Below are positions 1-7,950 of a DNA stretch of 24,000 nt, piece by piece. Position 1 is the first letter of the stretch, and each line of letters begins with the position of its first letter. Where the stretch lies: NCBI GenBank assembly GCA_048266425.1, contig JBLWZN010000013.1:9362-33361 (forward strand), given 5' to 3'. The translations under genes and the position numbers were made by a program. The notes below the pieces were generated by a model. The model saw only the letters and a program-made list of their open reading frames with translations, had not been told where the DNA came from and did not search any database. Source of the stretch: Sediminicola sp. (GTDB lineage: Bacteria; Bacteroidota; Bacteroidia; Flavobacteriales; Flavobacteriaceae).

Positions 1-396
1 TGTTGGGCAAGGAGGTGTTTCCTCGTCGACTTCGCCTTCCGCATCCCCATATACCGAGGTACTACTTACAAATACAACCTCTTTAATAAGCGACTTGGAT
101 ATTTTATCGTGCAACAATCTCATTTTCTTTACATAATCTTCCTTGTTCCCACCCCTCAGTTTTGGCGGGACGTTGATAATCAACAGCTGCACCCCATTGA
201 GAAACTCTTCAATGGGACCCTCTATACGATCTTCGGACAAAGCGATTAGAAACGGCTGGATACCTTTTCCCTTAAGGAGTTCCATTTTTTCTTTGGATGT
301 TGTACTACCATTGACCGTATATCCCATATTCACCATTTCCATAGCCAAGGGCAGGCCCAGCCAACCACATCCGATAACGCCTACGGTTTCCTTCAA
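1..396 (-). CDS. NAD(P)-binding Rossmann-fold protein, extended-SDR / NAD-dependent epimerase-dehydratase-like (N-terminal part only; gene runs off the window start)
   Basis: Absent from the supplied ORF track because it has no stop in the window. My minus-strand translation from TTG at 396-394 gives 132 codons without a stop: (M)KETVGVIGCGWLGLPLAMEMVNMGYTVNGSTTSKEKMELLKGKGIQPFLIALSEDRIEGPIEEFLNGVQLLIINVPPKLRGGNKEDYVKKMRLLHDKISKSLIKEVVFVSSTSVYGDAEGEVDEETPPCPT. It has an N-terminal GxGxxG motif (GCGWLG) and an SSTSVYG segment typical of extended SDRs. The TTG start overlaps the TGA stop (393-395) of the upstream peptidase gene. The listed + strand ORF 143..403 is antisense to it. Confidence 0.7.
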   Translation of the reverse strand, partial: MKETVGVIGCGWLGLPLAMEMVNMGYTVNGSTTSKEKMELLKGKGIQPFLIALSEDRIEGPIEEFLNGVQLLIINVPPKLRGGNKEDYVKKMRLLHDKISKSLIKEVVFVSSTSVYGDAEGEVDEETPPCPT

Positions 397-2675
397 AACG
401 TAACGGTTTGAGTGGTCATAATCGCATCGTTCAAAACAAACGGCATGGGTATGCTGTTTAATGGTCTTTCCGGAACCGAAAACAACGGATTTTTCAGTAA
501 ATCGTTGGAGGCTTCGTACAGGTTTAGTGTCACGGGGGAATCCCTAGGGATAACAAGAAGGAGGGATGTAGTGTCGTTATCGCTTATATAATGGGTGATC
601 AATCTATTATTTCTTCGATTGTCCAGATAGTTTTTGGACAATGGAACACCGTTAACACTTGCCCTTTTTATATCGATCTTGTCGACAAATACATCCAACC
701 GGTTGACGGAGCGCTGTGGGGTAATCCTAATCTTTAACAATCGTTCTTCATTTATTAGGGTATCCAACAATTTTTCCACCTTTGGGCCTTTTATATCCTT
801 CATTGGGGCGTTTGCAATATAGGTAAAACTGGTAGCATACTTGCTGCTCAGGGTTTTAAAATCCCCTATTTGCGGAACCTGCTTGTCCACTCCCAAATAT
901 TGCGCCGTCCAATCGTTCAATTGGTGATCGTAAGTGGCCCATTTAGCTGATTGCCCGTCCACATTAAGTACGTACAGCAGACTACTGGGTTTTGCATTTC
1001 CCTTGGAAAAACCAGAATCGAGATGGGCGGAAACCATAAACCCTACAAAAAGCACCATGCCCAATACGGCAAATCGATTCTTATGTTTGTAAAAACCGAA
1101 CAACGGCAGCAGCAGTATAAAAGTAAGGGTGGTGAGCAAGGTGGCTGCAACCATCATCTTTAATCCCAGTCCCACGGGAAACATTTTAATAAACGGGGCG
1201 TAGATCCAAAGTGCCGGCAACGTTAGAAATATCAACAAAAAAGGACTTGGCGATTTTTGATGGATCACGATCATAAAGGAAATCAGCGCCGCCACCATAG
1301 GTACCAGGAAAAAGCTGGCACCGGGCAGATAAGCGGAAACAGCACCACATAGTGCCAACCACAGCAATAAGGGAGCCACCAAAAGATTGGGTACGCTTAC
1401 TTTTTCAAATCTGTGATAGGCCCAAAAACAAATTCCAATAGAAAATAGCACAAAAGCTAGGATATAGGTGTATCCATTATAGGTAAAGCCCTGTAGTATA
1501 TCCGCATATTGTGGATATACTTTATTAAGTATCGGCCAACAATAATACCCTACTACCCCGTTAACAATCAAGGCCAATAACATGGGAATAAAACCTTTGG
1601 CCATGTCCTTTGGATTCAGTCGTTTTTTACGGAAACCTGAGACCAATAAAATCAAAAAAACAAGGGACACCAAGGCGAACATCGTCCAAATCCATGCAAA
1701 GGGAAAGGAAACCAAGCCGTAAAAAGGAAAATTAAAATATGCATCGTCGGTTGCGCTTTTAAGGTCCCCCAGATCTGCATCGCTAAAGTAATTTAACAGC
1801 GGCATTAGGTAGCTGCCTTGATGGGCCAGGGAGTTACGATCTAAGCGGTCGTAATTATCGTGTGCGGTATGATAGTCAAAATGGTCATCGATAAATGCAA
1901 AATTAAATCCTTCGATGTCCCCATCTTTTCTGAATACGGTAAGGTCCGTATCATTGGGCAACATTTTATAGATACTGTAGACCAGGGAATTCGCTACGGG
2001 ATACTTAGGATTTGCTGCCGTAAAATCCCGGATAAGATGGGAGTTCCCCTTGTTGGTCTCGATCAACGTATAGCTGGGTCCGCCACTGCCACGCGCCTCA
2101 AAATTTAGTGCCAAGCCAACATTCTTTGCCCAAGGATGCTCGTTTACAAATAGGTCGGCCCCGTTAAGGCCAAGTTCCTCCGCATCGCTGATCAAAATGA
2201 TAATGTCATTTTTTGGGGTCTTTTTTTCGGATAAAAAGGTTCGGACCCCCTCCAAGATCGTCGCTACTCCACTAGCATCATCGCTAGCTCCCAAGGACGA
2301 GTGCGGATTGCTGTCGTAATGCGCCAATAACAACAAGGACTTGCCGGTGCCGGAACCCTTTATACGAGCCAAAATATTGGTGGCCTTGCTTAAATTGCCC
2401 CAATCGCCAGCAGTAAATCCACTTTGTAGGGAGGTTTCCAACCCCATGCCTTCCAAATCCCGTACTATATATTCCCGTACCTCCTTGTGGGCAGGAAAAC
2501 CTACGGCGTGAGGCTTTTTGGAGATTTCCTGTACATGTTTCAGGGCCCTATCGGTAGAAAAAGCCGTATTGGGAACGGTTTCATCCATTTGGTACGTAGG
2601 CATGGACGATTTAAAACCCAAATAAATGGCGAAAAGGACCAAGAGGAAAGTGATGGGCGTAGCAAGATTTTTCAT
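393..2675 (-). CDS. M28 family metallopeptidase (aminopeptidase-like) with a large C-terminal multi-pass membrane region
   Basis: From ORF 393..2807. M28 zinc-ligand context is visible in LLLLAHYDSNPHSSLGASDDASGVATILEG and ILISDAEELGLNGADLF, followed by many hydrophobic helices. I place the start at the internal ATG 2675-2673 (MKNLATPITFLLVLFAIYLGF, a signal/anchor helix). The 44 codons further upstream look non-coding. Confidence 0.85.
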   Translation of the reverse strand: MKNLATPITFLLVLFAIYLGFKSSMPTYQMDETVPNTAFSTDRALKHVQEISKKPHAVGFPAHKEVREYIVRDLEGMGLETSLQSGFTAGDWGNLSKATNILARIKGSGTGKSLLLLAHYDSNPHSSLGASDDASGVATILEGVRTFLSEKKTPKNDIIILISDAEELGLNGADLFVNEHPWAKNVGLALNFEARGSGGPSYTLIETNKGNSHLIRDFTAANPKYPVANSLVYSIYKMLPNDTDLTVFRKDGDIEGFNFAFIDDHFDYHTAHDNYDRLDRNSLAHQGSYLMPLLNYFSDADLGDLKSATDDAYFNFPFYGLVSFPFAWIWTMFALVSLVFLILLVSGFRKKRLNPKDMAKGFIPMLLALIVNGVVGYYCWPILNKVYPQYADILQGFTYNGYTYILAFVLFSIGICFWAYHRFEKVSVPNLLVAPLLLWLALCGAVSAYLPGASFFLVPMVAALISFMIVIHQKSPSPFLLIFLTLPALWIYAPFIKMFPVGLGLKMMVAATLLTTLTFILLLPLFGFYKHKNRFAVLGMVLFVGFMVSAHLDSGFSKGNAKPSSLLYVLNVDGQSAKWATYDHQLNDWTAQYLGVDKQVPQIGDFKTLSSKYATSFTYIANAPMKDIKGPKVEKLLDTLINEERLLKIRITPQRSVNRLDVFVDKIDIKRASVNGVPLSKNYLDNRRNNRLITHYISDNDTTSLLLVIPRDSPVTLNLYEASNDLLKNPLFSVPERPLNSIPMPFVLNDAIMTTQTVTF

Positions 2676-3263
2676 ATTGAAGGGCTGGCATTTAAAACAG
2701 ATCCAATAAAAATATGAAATTTCAACCGCATCAAGTATAATATAATTGGTTCTACAACGATTATTGTGGGTTTCAGACTTTTTGAATAAATTACGTATTG
2801 CCGACAATTGCCAACCGCTGTTCGCTCTGCACCATAAGTCCTATAATTAATACATTGCGCAATGCGATCGGTGTATGGCCAAAAATAAGGAGGGTATTGC
2901 TTTGGATAATTTGTTGATATCACTAGTGCCCACTAAAAAGACAAAAGACCGCTTTGCTAAAAGATGAAGGACTTAAGTTTTATTCAATTCATTGAAATTA
3001 AATATGTTACAAACGAAGAAAAATGTACCAATTGCTTTTTTTGCTAATATTGGAAGTGTTAAATTAAAATCGACTCGGCACTGAAATCTGTCTAAAACGT
3101 TTATTGTCCATTATTTACAATGATTGCAAATTGGTTTTGGTAGACAATAGTGTGATTAAATACTGCATTAAAAATATGGATACAGCCCTAAAATATTGCG
3201 AAGACTATGTTACACAACATATAAAATCTTAAAATTGAAAGAAATATATCGAGTTTGATGCAA

Positions 3264-3286
3264 TTATTTGACAATATGTCAAATAA
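3264..3286. promoter_or_regulatory. Perfect 10-bp inverted repeat with a 3-nt spacer (TTATTTGACA-ATA-TGTCAAATAA); candidate operator or promoter-overlapping site upstream of the CBS gene
   Basis: Checked base by base: the reverse complement of 3277-3286 equals 3264-3273. It lies 37-59 nt upstream of the ATG at 3323 and contains TTTG/TTGACA (3267-3273). Confidence 0.3.
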
Positions 3287-3291
3287 AATGC

Positions 3292-3299
3292 TATCTTTC
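3292..3299 (+). promoter_or_regulatory. Candidate Bacteroidota -7 promoter box (TATCTTTC versus consensus TAnnTTTG)
   Basis: It has one mismatch to the -7 consensus and sits 24 nt upstream of the CBS gene ATG. A TTTG at 3267-3270 lies 21 nt upstream and could be the -33 element. This is sequence pattern only. Confidence 0.3.
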
Positions 3300-3322
3300 A
3301 GGTTCACCTAAAAAATAACTGT

Positions 3323-3790
3323 ATGGGAATCAAGAGTTTTCAAGGCTCCAGGCCTAAAGAAGTTTCGAGGAAAGAATATACCGCCCCTATACTTGTAGCG
3401 GATTATATGACTACCAAATTGATAACTTTTACTCCAGACCAATCCATTTTGGCGGTTATGGAACTGTTTGCCAAACACAACATTTCCGGAGGACCTGTAT
3501 TAAATGACGACGGTTTTCTTGTAGGGATCATTTCTGAGGCAGATTGTATGAAGCAGATTTCCGAAAGCCGATATTTTAATATGCCCATCTTGGACAAAAG
3601 CGTGGAACGCTATATGACCAAAGAGGTGGAGACCATTCCCCATGACATCAGTATCTTCGATGCAGCTGGAATCTTCGACAAACACAACAGACGCCGACTA
3701 CCTGTTATGCGTGACGGAATTTTAGTAGGCCAGATCAGCCGAAAGGATATTGTTATCGCCGCCCTAAAACTTACCGGGCATAATTGGTAA
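3323..3790 (+). CDS. CBS domain pair protein
   Basis: 155 aa with two CBS-like modules: VADYMTTKLITFTPDQSILAVMELFAKHNISGGPVLNDDGFLVGIISEAD, and VERYMTKEVETIPHDISIFDAAGIFDKHNRRRLPVMRDGILVGQISRKDIV. Confidence 0.85.
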   Translation: MGIKSFQGSRPKEVSRKEYTAPILVADYMTTKLITFTPDQSILAVMELFAKHNISGGPVLNDDGFLVGIISEADCMKQISESRYFNMPILDKSVERYMTKEVETIPHDISIFDAAGIFDKHNRRRLPVMRDGILVGQISRKDIVIAALKLTGHNW

Positions 3791-3928
3791 TACCCCTAGG
3801 CCCCAATGAGGTAATTATAATCCCGCCCCAAACTTCTCGGGAGGGGAAGGAATCTATTTGGCCTAATTCCTGACGTCCCACCCAGAAAGTTCTGCTCTTT
3901 AGGGGGACCGACCAATGGGATACTTTTT

Positions 3929-4282
3929 CTAATCCCGCTTTACGATCATATAAAAATCATTGTCCAGGGGCAGGTAACCCATGTCGTAAACAAAATAATA
4001 CACGGTGCCCTTTTGAGTGGTGTAGAGGCTGGTAAAGTGATCAAAATCAAATCCCCGATCAATCAATCGGGTTTTCGTGGTCTTGGTTTTACCGTCGCTT
4101 AAAGGAAAGCTTTCCAGGATGCGATGGTTTTTTCTCAACCGATTATTGATATTGCGGATCAGGTTTTTACTGTCCTTGTTCAGGCTGTTGTTATAGGCAT
4201 TTCGGCAATAATCCGAACAAAACTTCTTATCGGCACGTCCGATAATTTTTTCCCCACATTCCAAGCACTGCTTTTCCTCCAT
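3929..4282 (-). CDS. Small conserved-looking protein with an N-terminal FCS-type zinc ribbon (CxxC...FCSDxCR)
   Basis: 117 aa. The N-terminus is MEEKQCLECGEKIIGRADKKFCSDYCRNAYNN (4 Cys). It lies 11 nt downstream of the pentapeptide-repeat gene on the same strand. No specific function recognised. Confidence 0.65.
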   Translation of the reverse strand: MEEKQCLECGEKIIGRADKKFCSDYCRNAYNNSLNKDSKNLIRNINNRLRKNHRILESFPLSDGKTKTTKTRLIDRGFDFDHFTSLYTTQKGTVYYFVYDMGYLPLDNDFYMIVKRD

Positions 4283-4293
4283 AATCTATTTGA

Positions 4294-4806
4294 TTACTCC
4301 ACTACAATATCGTATTTTCCCAACAAACCCACAACCCCCTCCCTAGAGAATTTCGCCTTTCGCATTGTGTTACGTTCCGGATCGATACTAAAATTGTGTG
4401 CAGTTCTAAAATCGGCCTTCTCCAAAATGCTTCGGTCAAAAATAGCACGCTGTAGGTCAGAACCATCGAAAACTGCCAAAGTAAGGTCAGTTTCCGTAAA
4501 ATCCACTTCCTGTAATTTACATTTTACAAAGTGAATCTTTTTTAAGTTAAGGCCGTAAAATGAAGAAAGGTTTACGGTACACTCCTTAAACTGGAAAGAG
4601 AGCAGAAAATTATTGCACAAGTCGAAACGCATCCCCAACATTTTACACCTTTCAAACCCAATATCATTAAAAGTGGCTTGCTTTATATGGGCCATGCTTA
4701 GGTCGCAATCCAGAAATTTACATTCGGTAAAACCAAAATTGCCCAGGTTAACATGGGAAAGGTTGCAGTTGACAAACGTGCAGTTCTCATAATTGCCCCT
4801 GGCCAA
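4294..4806 (-). CDS. Pentapeptide-repeat protein (true 5' end probably upstream of 4806, possibly as far as 4872)
   Basis: Uninterrupted A(D/N)LXX-type pentads with a central F/L/I every fifth residue, for example CTFVN CNLSH VNLGN FGFTE CKFLD CDLSM. The track start is a TTG. The same 5-residue periodicity continues in the 22 open codons upstream (FAIED QEFEN IDFTK NALAR); see findings. Confidence 0.8.
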   Translation of the reverse strand: MARGNYENCTFVNCNLSHVNLGNFGFTECKFLDCDLSMAHIKQATFNDIGFERCKMLGMRFDLCNNFLLSFQFKECTVNLSSFYGLNLKKIHFVKCKLQEVDFTETDLTLAVFDGSDLQRAIFDRSILEKADFRTAHNFSIDPERNTMRKAKFSREGVVGLLGKYDIVVE

Positions 4807-4872
4807 CGCATTTTTGGTGAAATCTATATTTTCAAATTCTTGATCTTCGATAGCAAAATGTTTTAGGTAATT

Positions 4873-5487
4873 TTAATTTTCCCTTTTATTCTGTTCAACC
4901 AAACTCAACCTTTTAACAATAGTATTGGGCGCTAGCAGCGTTCCAGGCGACAAAACCGAATTGGCGCCGATTTTTGTGCCGTCCCCGACCAAGGCCCCGA
5001 ATTTCTCCACCCCCGTATCCCGGCTAACTGAATTAAATGTCACCCAAATGCTTTTGTCCTCCCTTTCGTTATAATGGTTGGCGGTTAGGGATCCAGCTTC
5101 AAAATTAACATGGTTTCCAATAATACTATCCCCAATAAAATTAAAATGTCCCAATGAACTGTTTGGGAAAATAAGACTGGATTTGACTTCGCAGTTCGGA
5201 CCTAAACTTACCCCAGAGACCAAATAAACTCCTCCCAGCAAATAGGCATTGGACCCTACAAAACATTGCTTGCCTATAATAACAGGCCGCTTCAATACGG
5301 CTCCTGGTTCAATAATGGCAGATCTGTGGACCGCGATACCATCCTCAATTTTATATTCACTGCCCAATTCCAAAACATTTTGGTTTAAAATCTCGGAAAT
5401 ATTTTGGACAATTTCCCAAGGTTCACTTCCCGCCTGGGCGGGAAAGAGGTTCGAAAACCGTTGAATAAAATGGTCCAACACAATCAT
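4873..5487 (-). CDS. Left-handed beta-helix (hexapeptide-repeat) protein, resembling the C-terminal LbH domain of sugar-nucleotidyl/acetyl-transferases
   Basis: 204 aa with imperfect hexapeptide turns: IIEPGAVLKRPVIIGKQCFVGSNAYLLGGVYLVSGVSLGPNCEVKSSLIFPNSSLGHFNFIGDSIIGNHVNFEAGS ... GALVGDGTKIGANSVLSPGTLLAPNTIV. Its ATG (5487-5485) overlaps the VOC gene stop (ATGA). Confidence 0.8.
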   Translation of the reverse strand: MIVLDHFIQRFSNLFPAQAGSEPWEIVQNISEILNQNVLELGSEYKIEDGIAVHRSAIIEPGAVLKRPVIIGKQCFVGSNAYLLGGVYLVSGVSLGPNCEVKSSLIFPNSSLGHFNFIGDSIIGNHVNFEAGSLTANHYNEREDKSIWVTFNSVSRDTGVEKFGALVGDGTKIGANSVLSPGTLLAPNTIVKRLSLVEQNKREN

Positions 5488-5873
5488 TTTTCGTAGAATT
5501 CAATCGGCAAATCGTCCGGGTCTGCAATAAAGGTAAATTTTTTATGGGTGTTCCCATCCACACGGATTGGCTCAACCTCGATTCCCTTTTTGCGTAAAGC
5601 TAGGACCGTTTCCTCCACATTGTCCACTTCAAAAGCCAAATGCCTTAATCCCAATGCTTCGGGCCGGGAGGGTCTTTTTGGCGGATCGGGAAACGAAAAA
5701 AGCTCTAGGATATATTCCCCATTTAAACCAAGATCCAATTTGTAGGATTTTCGTTCCGCCCTGTAGGTTTCCCGAATGATCTCTAATCCCAGAATATCGA
5801 CATAAAACGACTTCGACCTTTGATAATCGGAACAAATATTGGCGATATGGTGGACTTTGTTTAGGTGAATCAT
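5484..5873 (-). CDS. VOC (glyoxalase / bleomycin-resistance / dioxygenase fold) family protein
   Basis: From ORF 5484..5954. The VOC-like core is MIHLNKVHHIANICSDYQRSKSFYVDILGLEI...LGLRHLAFEVDNVEETVLALRKKGIEVEPIRVD. I place the start at the internal ATG 5873-5871. The longer ORF reads through a GC-rich hairpin (5919-5935) and is probably not translated. Confidence 0.85.
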   Translation of the reverse strand: MIHLNKVHHIANICSDYQRSKSFYVDILGLEIIRETYRAERKSYKLDLGLNGEYILELFSFPDPPKRPSRPEALGLRHLAFEVDNVEETVLALRKKGIEVEPIRVDGNTHKKFTFIADPDDLPIEFYEK

Positions 5874-6095
5874 TTTTTTGTCGTTAACCGTCGGGCCCAA
5901 TAATGATCCCTCCTTAACCCTCCCCCAAGGGGAGGTAACATCTTCTCTGTACAATTGAAGGTAATCCCATTTTGGATTTCTTCCTTCCTATGAAAATCCA
6001 GGAAAGTTCAACCTTTCGCCAAATGCATTATCAAATGGTTCCAAACGAGTCTTTCATCTTATGTCTTACAGCGAAGCGGTCTATCGTCTTTCTAA

Positions 6096-7382
6096 TCAAT
6101 CATCGATGGAAGCTCCGACCATTTGTCGGAATTTCCAGCCCGTTTGGTCCTTTACATCCCCTTGGGTCTGCTTCATGATGATACCGATGACATGTTCTTG
6201 GGGATCTGCAAAATATTGGGTGTTGAAATACCCGCCCCAATCAAAAGTGCCCACACTTCCATTACCTCCTAAGTCTTGACCTTTTTGGTTAATAAGTTCA
6301 AATGCCAAACCATAACCTTTGCCCCCGGTCCAAATATCCCCAATCTGATTGGAGAGAATGGACTGCACTGTAGTTCTACTCAACAACCTTACCCCGTTGA
6401 GTTCCCCTTGGTTTAGGTACATCTGCAAGAACTTGGCATAATCCTTGGCGGTACTGGACAGGCCGGCACCCCCGGCGAAAAAGGTTTTTGCGCCTTTAAT
6501 TGGATAATCGGTGTCATAAGAGGTTACCGGGAACTTTCTCCATTTGCCATCCACTTTTTCCTGGACCGATACCAAACGGTCTTCTTTGGATTTTGGCAAA
6601 TAAAACCAGGTGTCCTCCATCGCGAGAGGGTCAAAAATCCGGGTCTTTAGGAATTTATCGAAAGGCATGCCCGAAATAATTTCGATAAAGTAGCCCAGCA
6701 CATCCAATCCCTCGCTATAGACCCAAGCCTCCCCCGGATCATGGTGCAGGGGAAGTTTTGCCAATTTTTTGATATTTTCTTCAATGGTTACGGGTTCAGT
6801 GGTGAAAGCATCGATAATTCCGGCTTTGGAATAAATCTTTCTAAACCGTTCGTCCCCATCGATCATTCCATAGCCAATGCCAGAGGTATGGGTAAGCAAG
6901 TCACGGATCGTAATCTGGTTTTTGGCCGGTTTTGTGGTGTAGGAGGAATCGGTTTCGTTGAAGGAATCCAAAATCTGTGCTTCCCCAAACTCGGGGATAT
7001 ATTTGTTAATATTATCGTCCAACTTAAACCTCCCTTCCTCCCAAAGCATCATTACGGCGGTAGCGGTGATGGCCTTGGATTGGGATGCAATCCTAAAAAT
7101 GGCGTCTTTTTTTAGTTCTTTTTTGGAAGCGTTGTCCGCCATCCCATAGGCATTGTAAAAGACGATCTTACCGTTCCGTGCTATGAGTGCCACCACTCCA
7201 GGGATATTTCCTTCCTCCACCGCATTTTTGAGCATGGCGTCTATCCGTGCCAACCGTTCAGGGGACAGTCCTTGGCTGCCCGGTGAGGCCTCGCTCAATG
7301 GAGGCGAATTTTTAATGGATCTTGTTTGGGCGGAGAGGGAAAGGGTAAGAAGGGCAAACAGAAGTGCGAATAGTGATCTCAT
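6096..7382 (-). CDS. Secreted serine hydrolase, beta-lactamase/transpeptidase-fold (class C-like / penicillin-binding family)
   Basis: 428 aa. It has an N-terminal signal peptide (MRSLFALLFALLTLSLSAQ) and an SxxK nucleophile motif (RIASQSKAITA). The overall layout is typical of this family. Confidence 0.9.
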   Translation of the reverse strand: MRSLFALLFALLTLSLSAQTRSIKNSPPLSEASPGSQGLSPERLARIDAMLKNAVEEGNIPGVVALIARNGKIVFYNAYGMADNASKKELKKDAIFRIASQSKAITATAVMMLWEEGRFKLDDNINKYIPEFGEAQILDSFNETDSSYTTKPAKNQITIRDLLTHTSGIGYGMIDGDERFRKIYSKAGIIDAFTTEPVTIEENIKKLAKLPLHHDPGEAWVYSEGLDVLGYFIEIISGMPFDKFLKTRIFDPLAMEDTWFYLPKSKEDRLVSVQEKVDGKWRKFPVTSYDTDYPIKGAKTFFAGGAGLSSTAKDYAKFLQMYLNQGELNGVRLLSRTTVQSILSNQIGDIWTGGKGYGLAFELINQKGQDLGGNGSVGTFDWGGYFNTQYFADPQEHVIGIIMKQTQGDVKDQTGWKFRQMVGASIDD

Positions 7383-7474
7383 CTTAAGGTTTTTTGGTTG
7401 GATTTTATTGGTTGATATTCAAAGGACATCCCTAAAATACAATTTACGGAAATAATAAGAGCCTGTTGAAGTTT

Positions 7475-7879
7475 TTATTTCTTAGCAACCAATATTTCCA
7501 CAGAATAATCCTTTGGTTCAATTTGATGGTCACTGGAAGGATAAGGGGTTATAGCGACCAACTTTATCCGATACCCCTGCAGAACAGTATCGTTTTGAAA
7601 ATCGTTGTTCGTGTGTAGTTGAAAGGAGTTTATTTCATTTTTCGTTTTAATCGAAAAATTGGCAACTGCATCCCCTGCCCAAACACAAACTAAGTCGGAC
7701 GGGCAGCGGGAATCATCGGTAACGGAATCCAAACAAACGCTTATCCCTTGATCATCATTGTCAAAACATGTGTCGACGTTTATGACTTCAGGGTCATTGG
7801 GGTTGTGTTGGTCGTCGTTGTCACTGGTCTGACAACCAACAATAAATACCGATAGAAAGATTAAAAATTGATTCTTCAT
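7475..7879 (-). CDS. Small lipoprotein, unknown function (Cys-rich DSRCPSDLVCVWAG motif)
   Basis: 134 aa. It has a lipobox-like signal (MKNQFLIFLSVFIVGCQ), an Asp-rich linker, and then a beta-rich domain with 4 further Cys. Confidence 0.7.
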   Translation of the reverse strand: MKNQFLIFLSVFIVGCQTSDNDDQHNPNDPEVINVDTCFDNDDQGISVCLDSVTDDSRCPSDLVCVWAGDAVANFSIKTKNEINSFQLHTNNDFQNDTVLQGYRIKLVAITPYPSSDHQIEPKDYSVEILVAKK

Positions 7880-7950
7880 AATTCATTATTTGAAGCACCG
7901 TTAGATCTTATAATCATTTTTGAAATTCTTTGACAGTAAGGTGGGATCCT

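Noticed and set aside
143-403. Listed + strand ORF of 86 aa
   Set aside because: It is antisense to a much better minus-strand reading frame (the Rossmann-fold protein at 1-396). Its own translation is low-complexity with no recognisable motif.
2672-2923. 83-aa minus-strand ORF, and the 44-codon N-terminal extension of the M28 ORF (2676-2807)
   Set aside because: Both lie in the AT-rich promoter region. Their composition is unlike the neighbouring genes, and the peptidase has a convincing signal-anchor start at 2675. No motif supports either as coding.
2964-3047. Unlisted 27-codon ORF MKDLSFIQFIEIKYVTNEEKCTNCFFC in the long intergenic region
   Set aside because: It is a slightly surprising open stretch for AT-rich DNA and has a Cys-rich tail. 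At 27 codons it is within chance, and no supporting signal can be read from the sequence.
3822-3908. Cluster of imperfect inverted repeats between the convergent CBS and zinc-ribbon genes, considered as a bidirectional terminator (AGGAAT-N12-ATTCCT at 3848-3871; GTCCC...GGGAC at 3875-3908)
   Set aside because: The stems are short or interrupted and no U/T tracts follow. This is plausible terminator territory, but I cannot support a specific terminator call.
5874-5954. N-terminal extension of the VOC ORF (MYREDVTSPWGRVKEGSLLGPTVNDKK)
   Set aside because: It reads through the CCTCCCC/GGGGAGG hairpin and precedes a canonical VOC N-terminus at the internal ATG. It is most likely untranslated.
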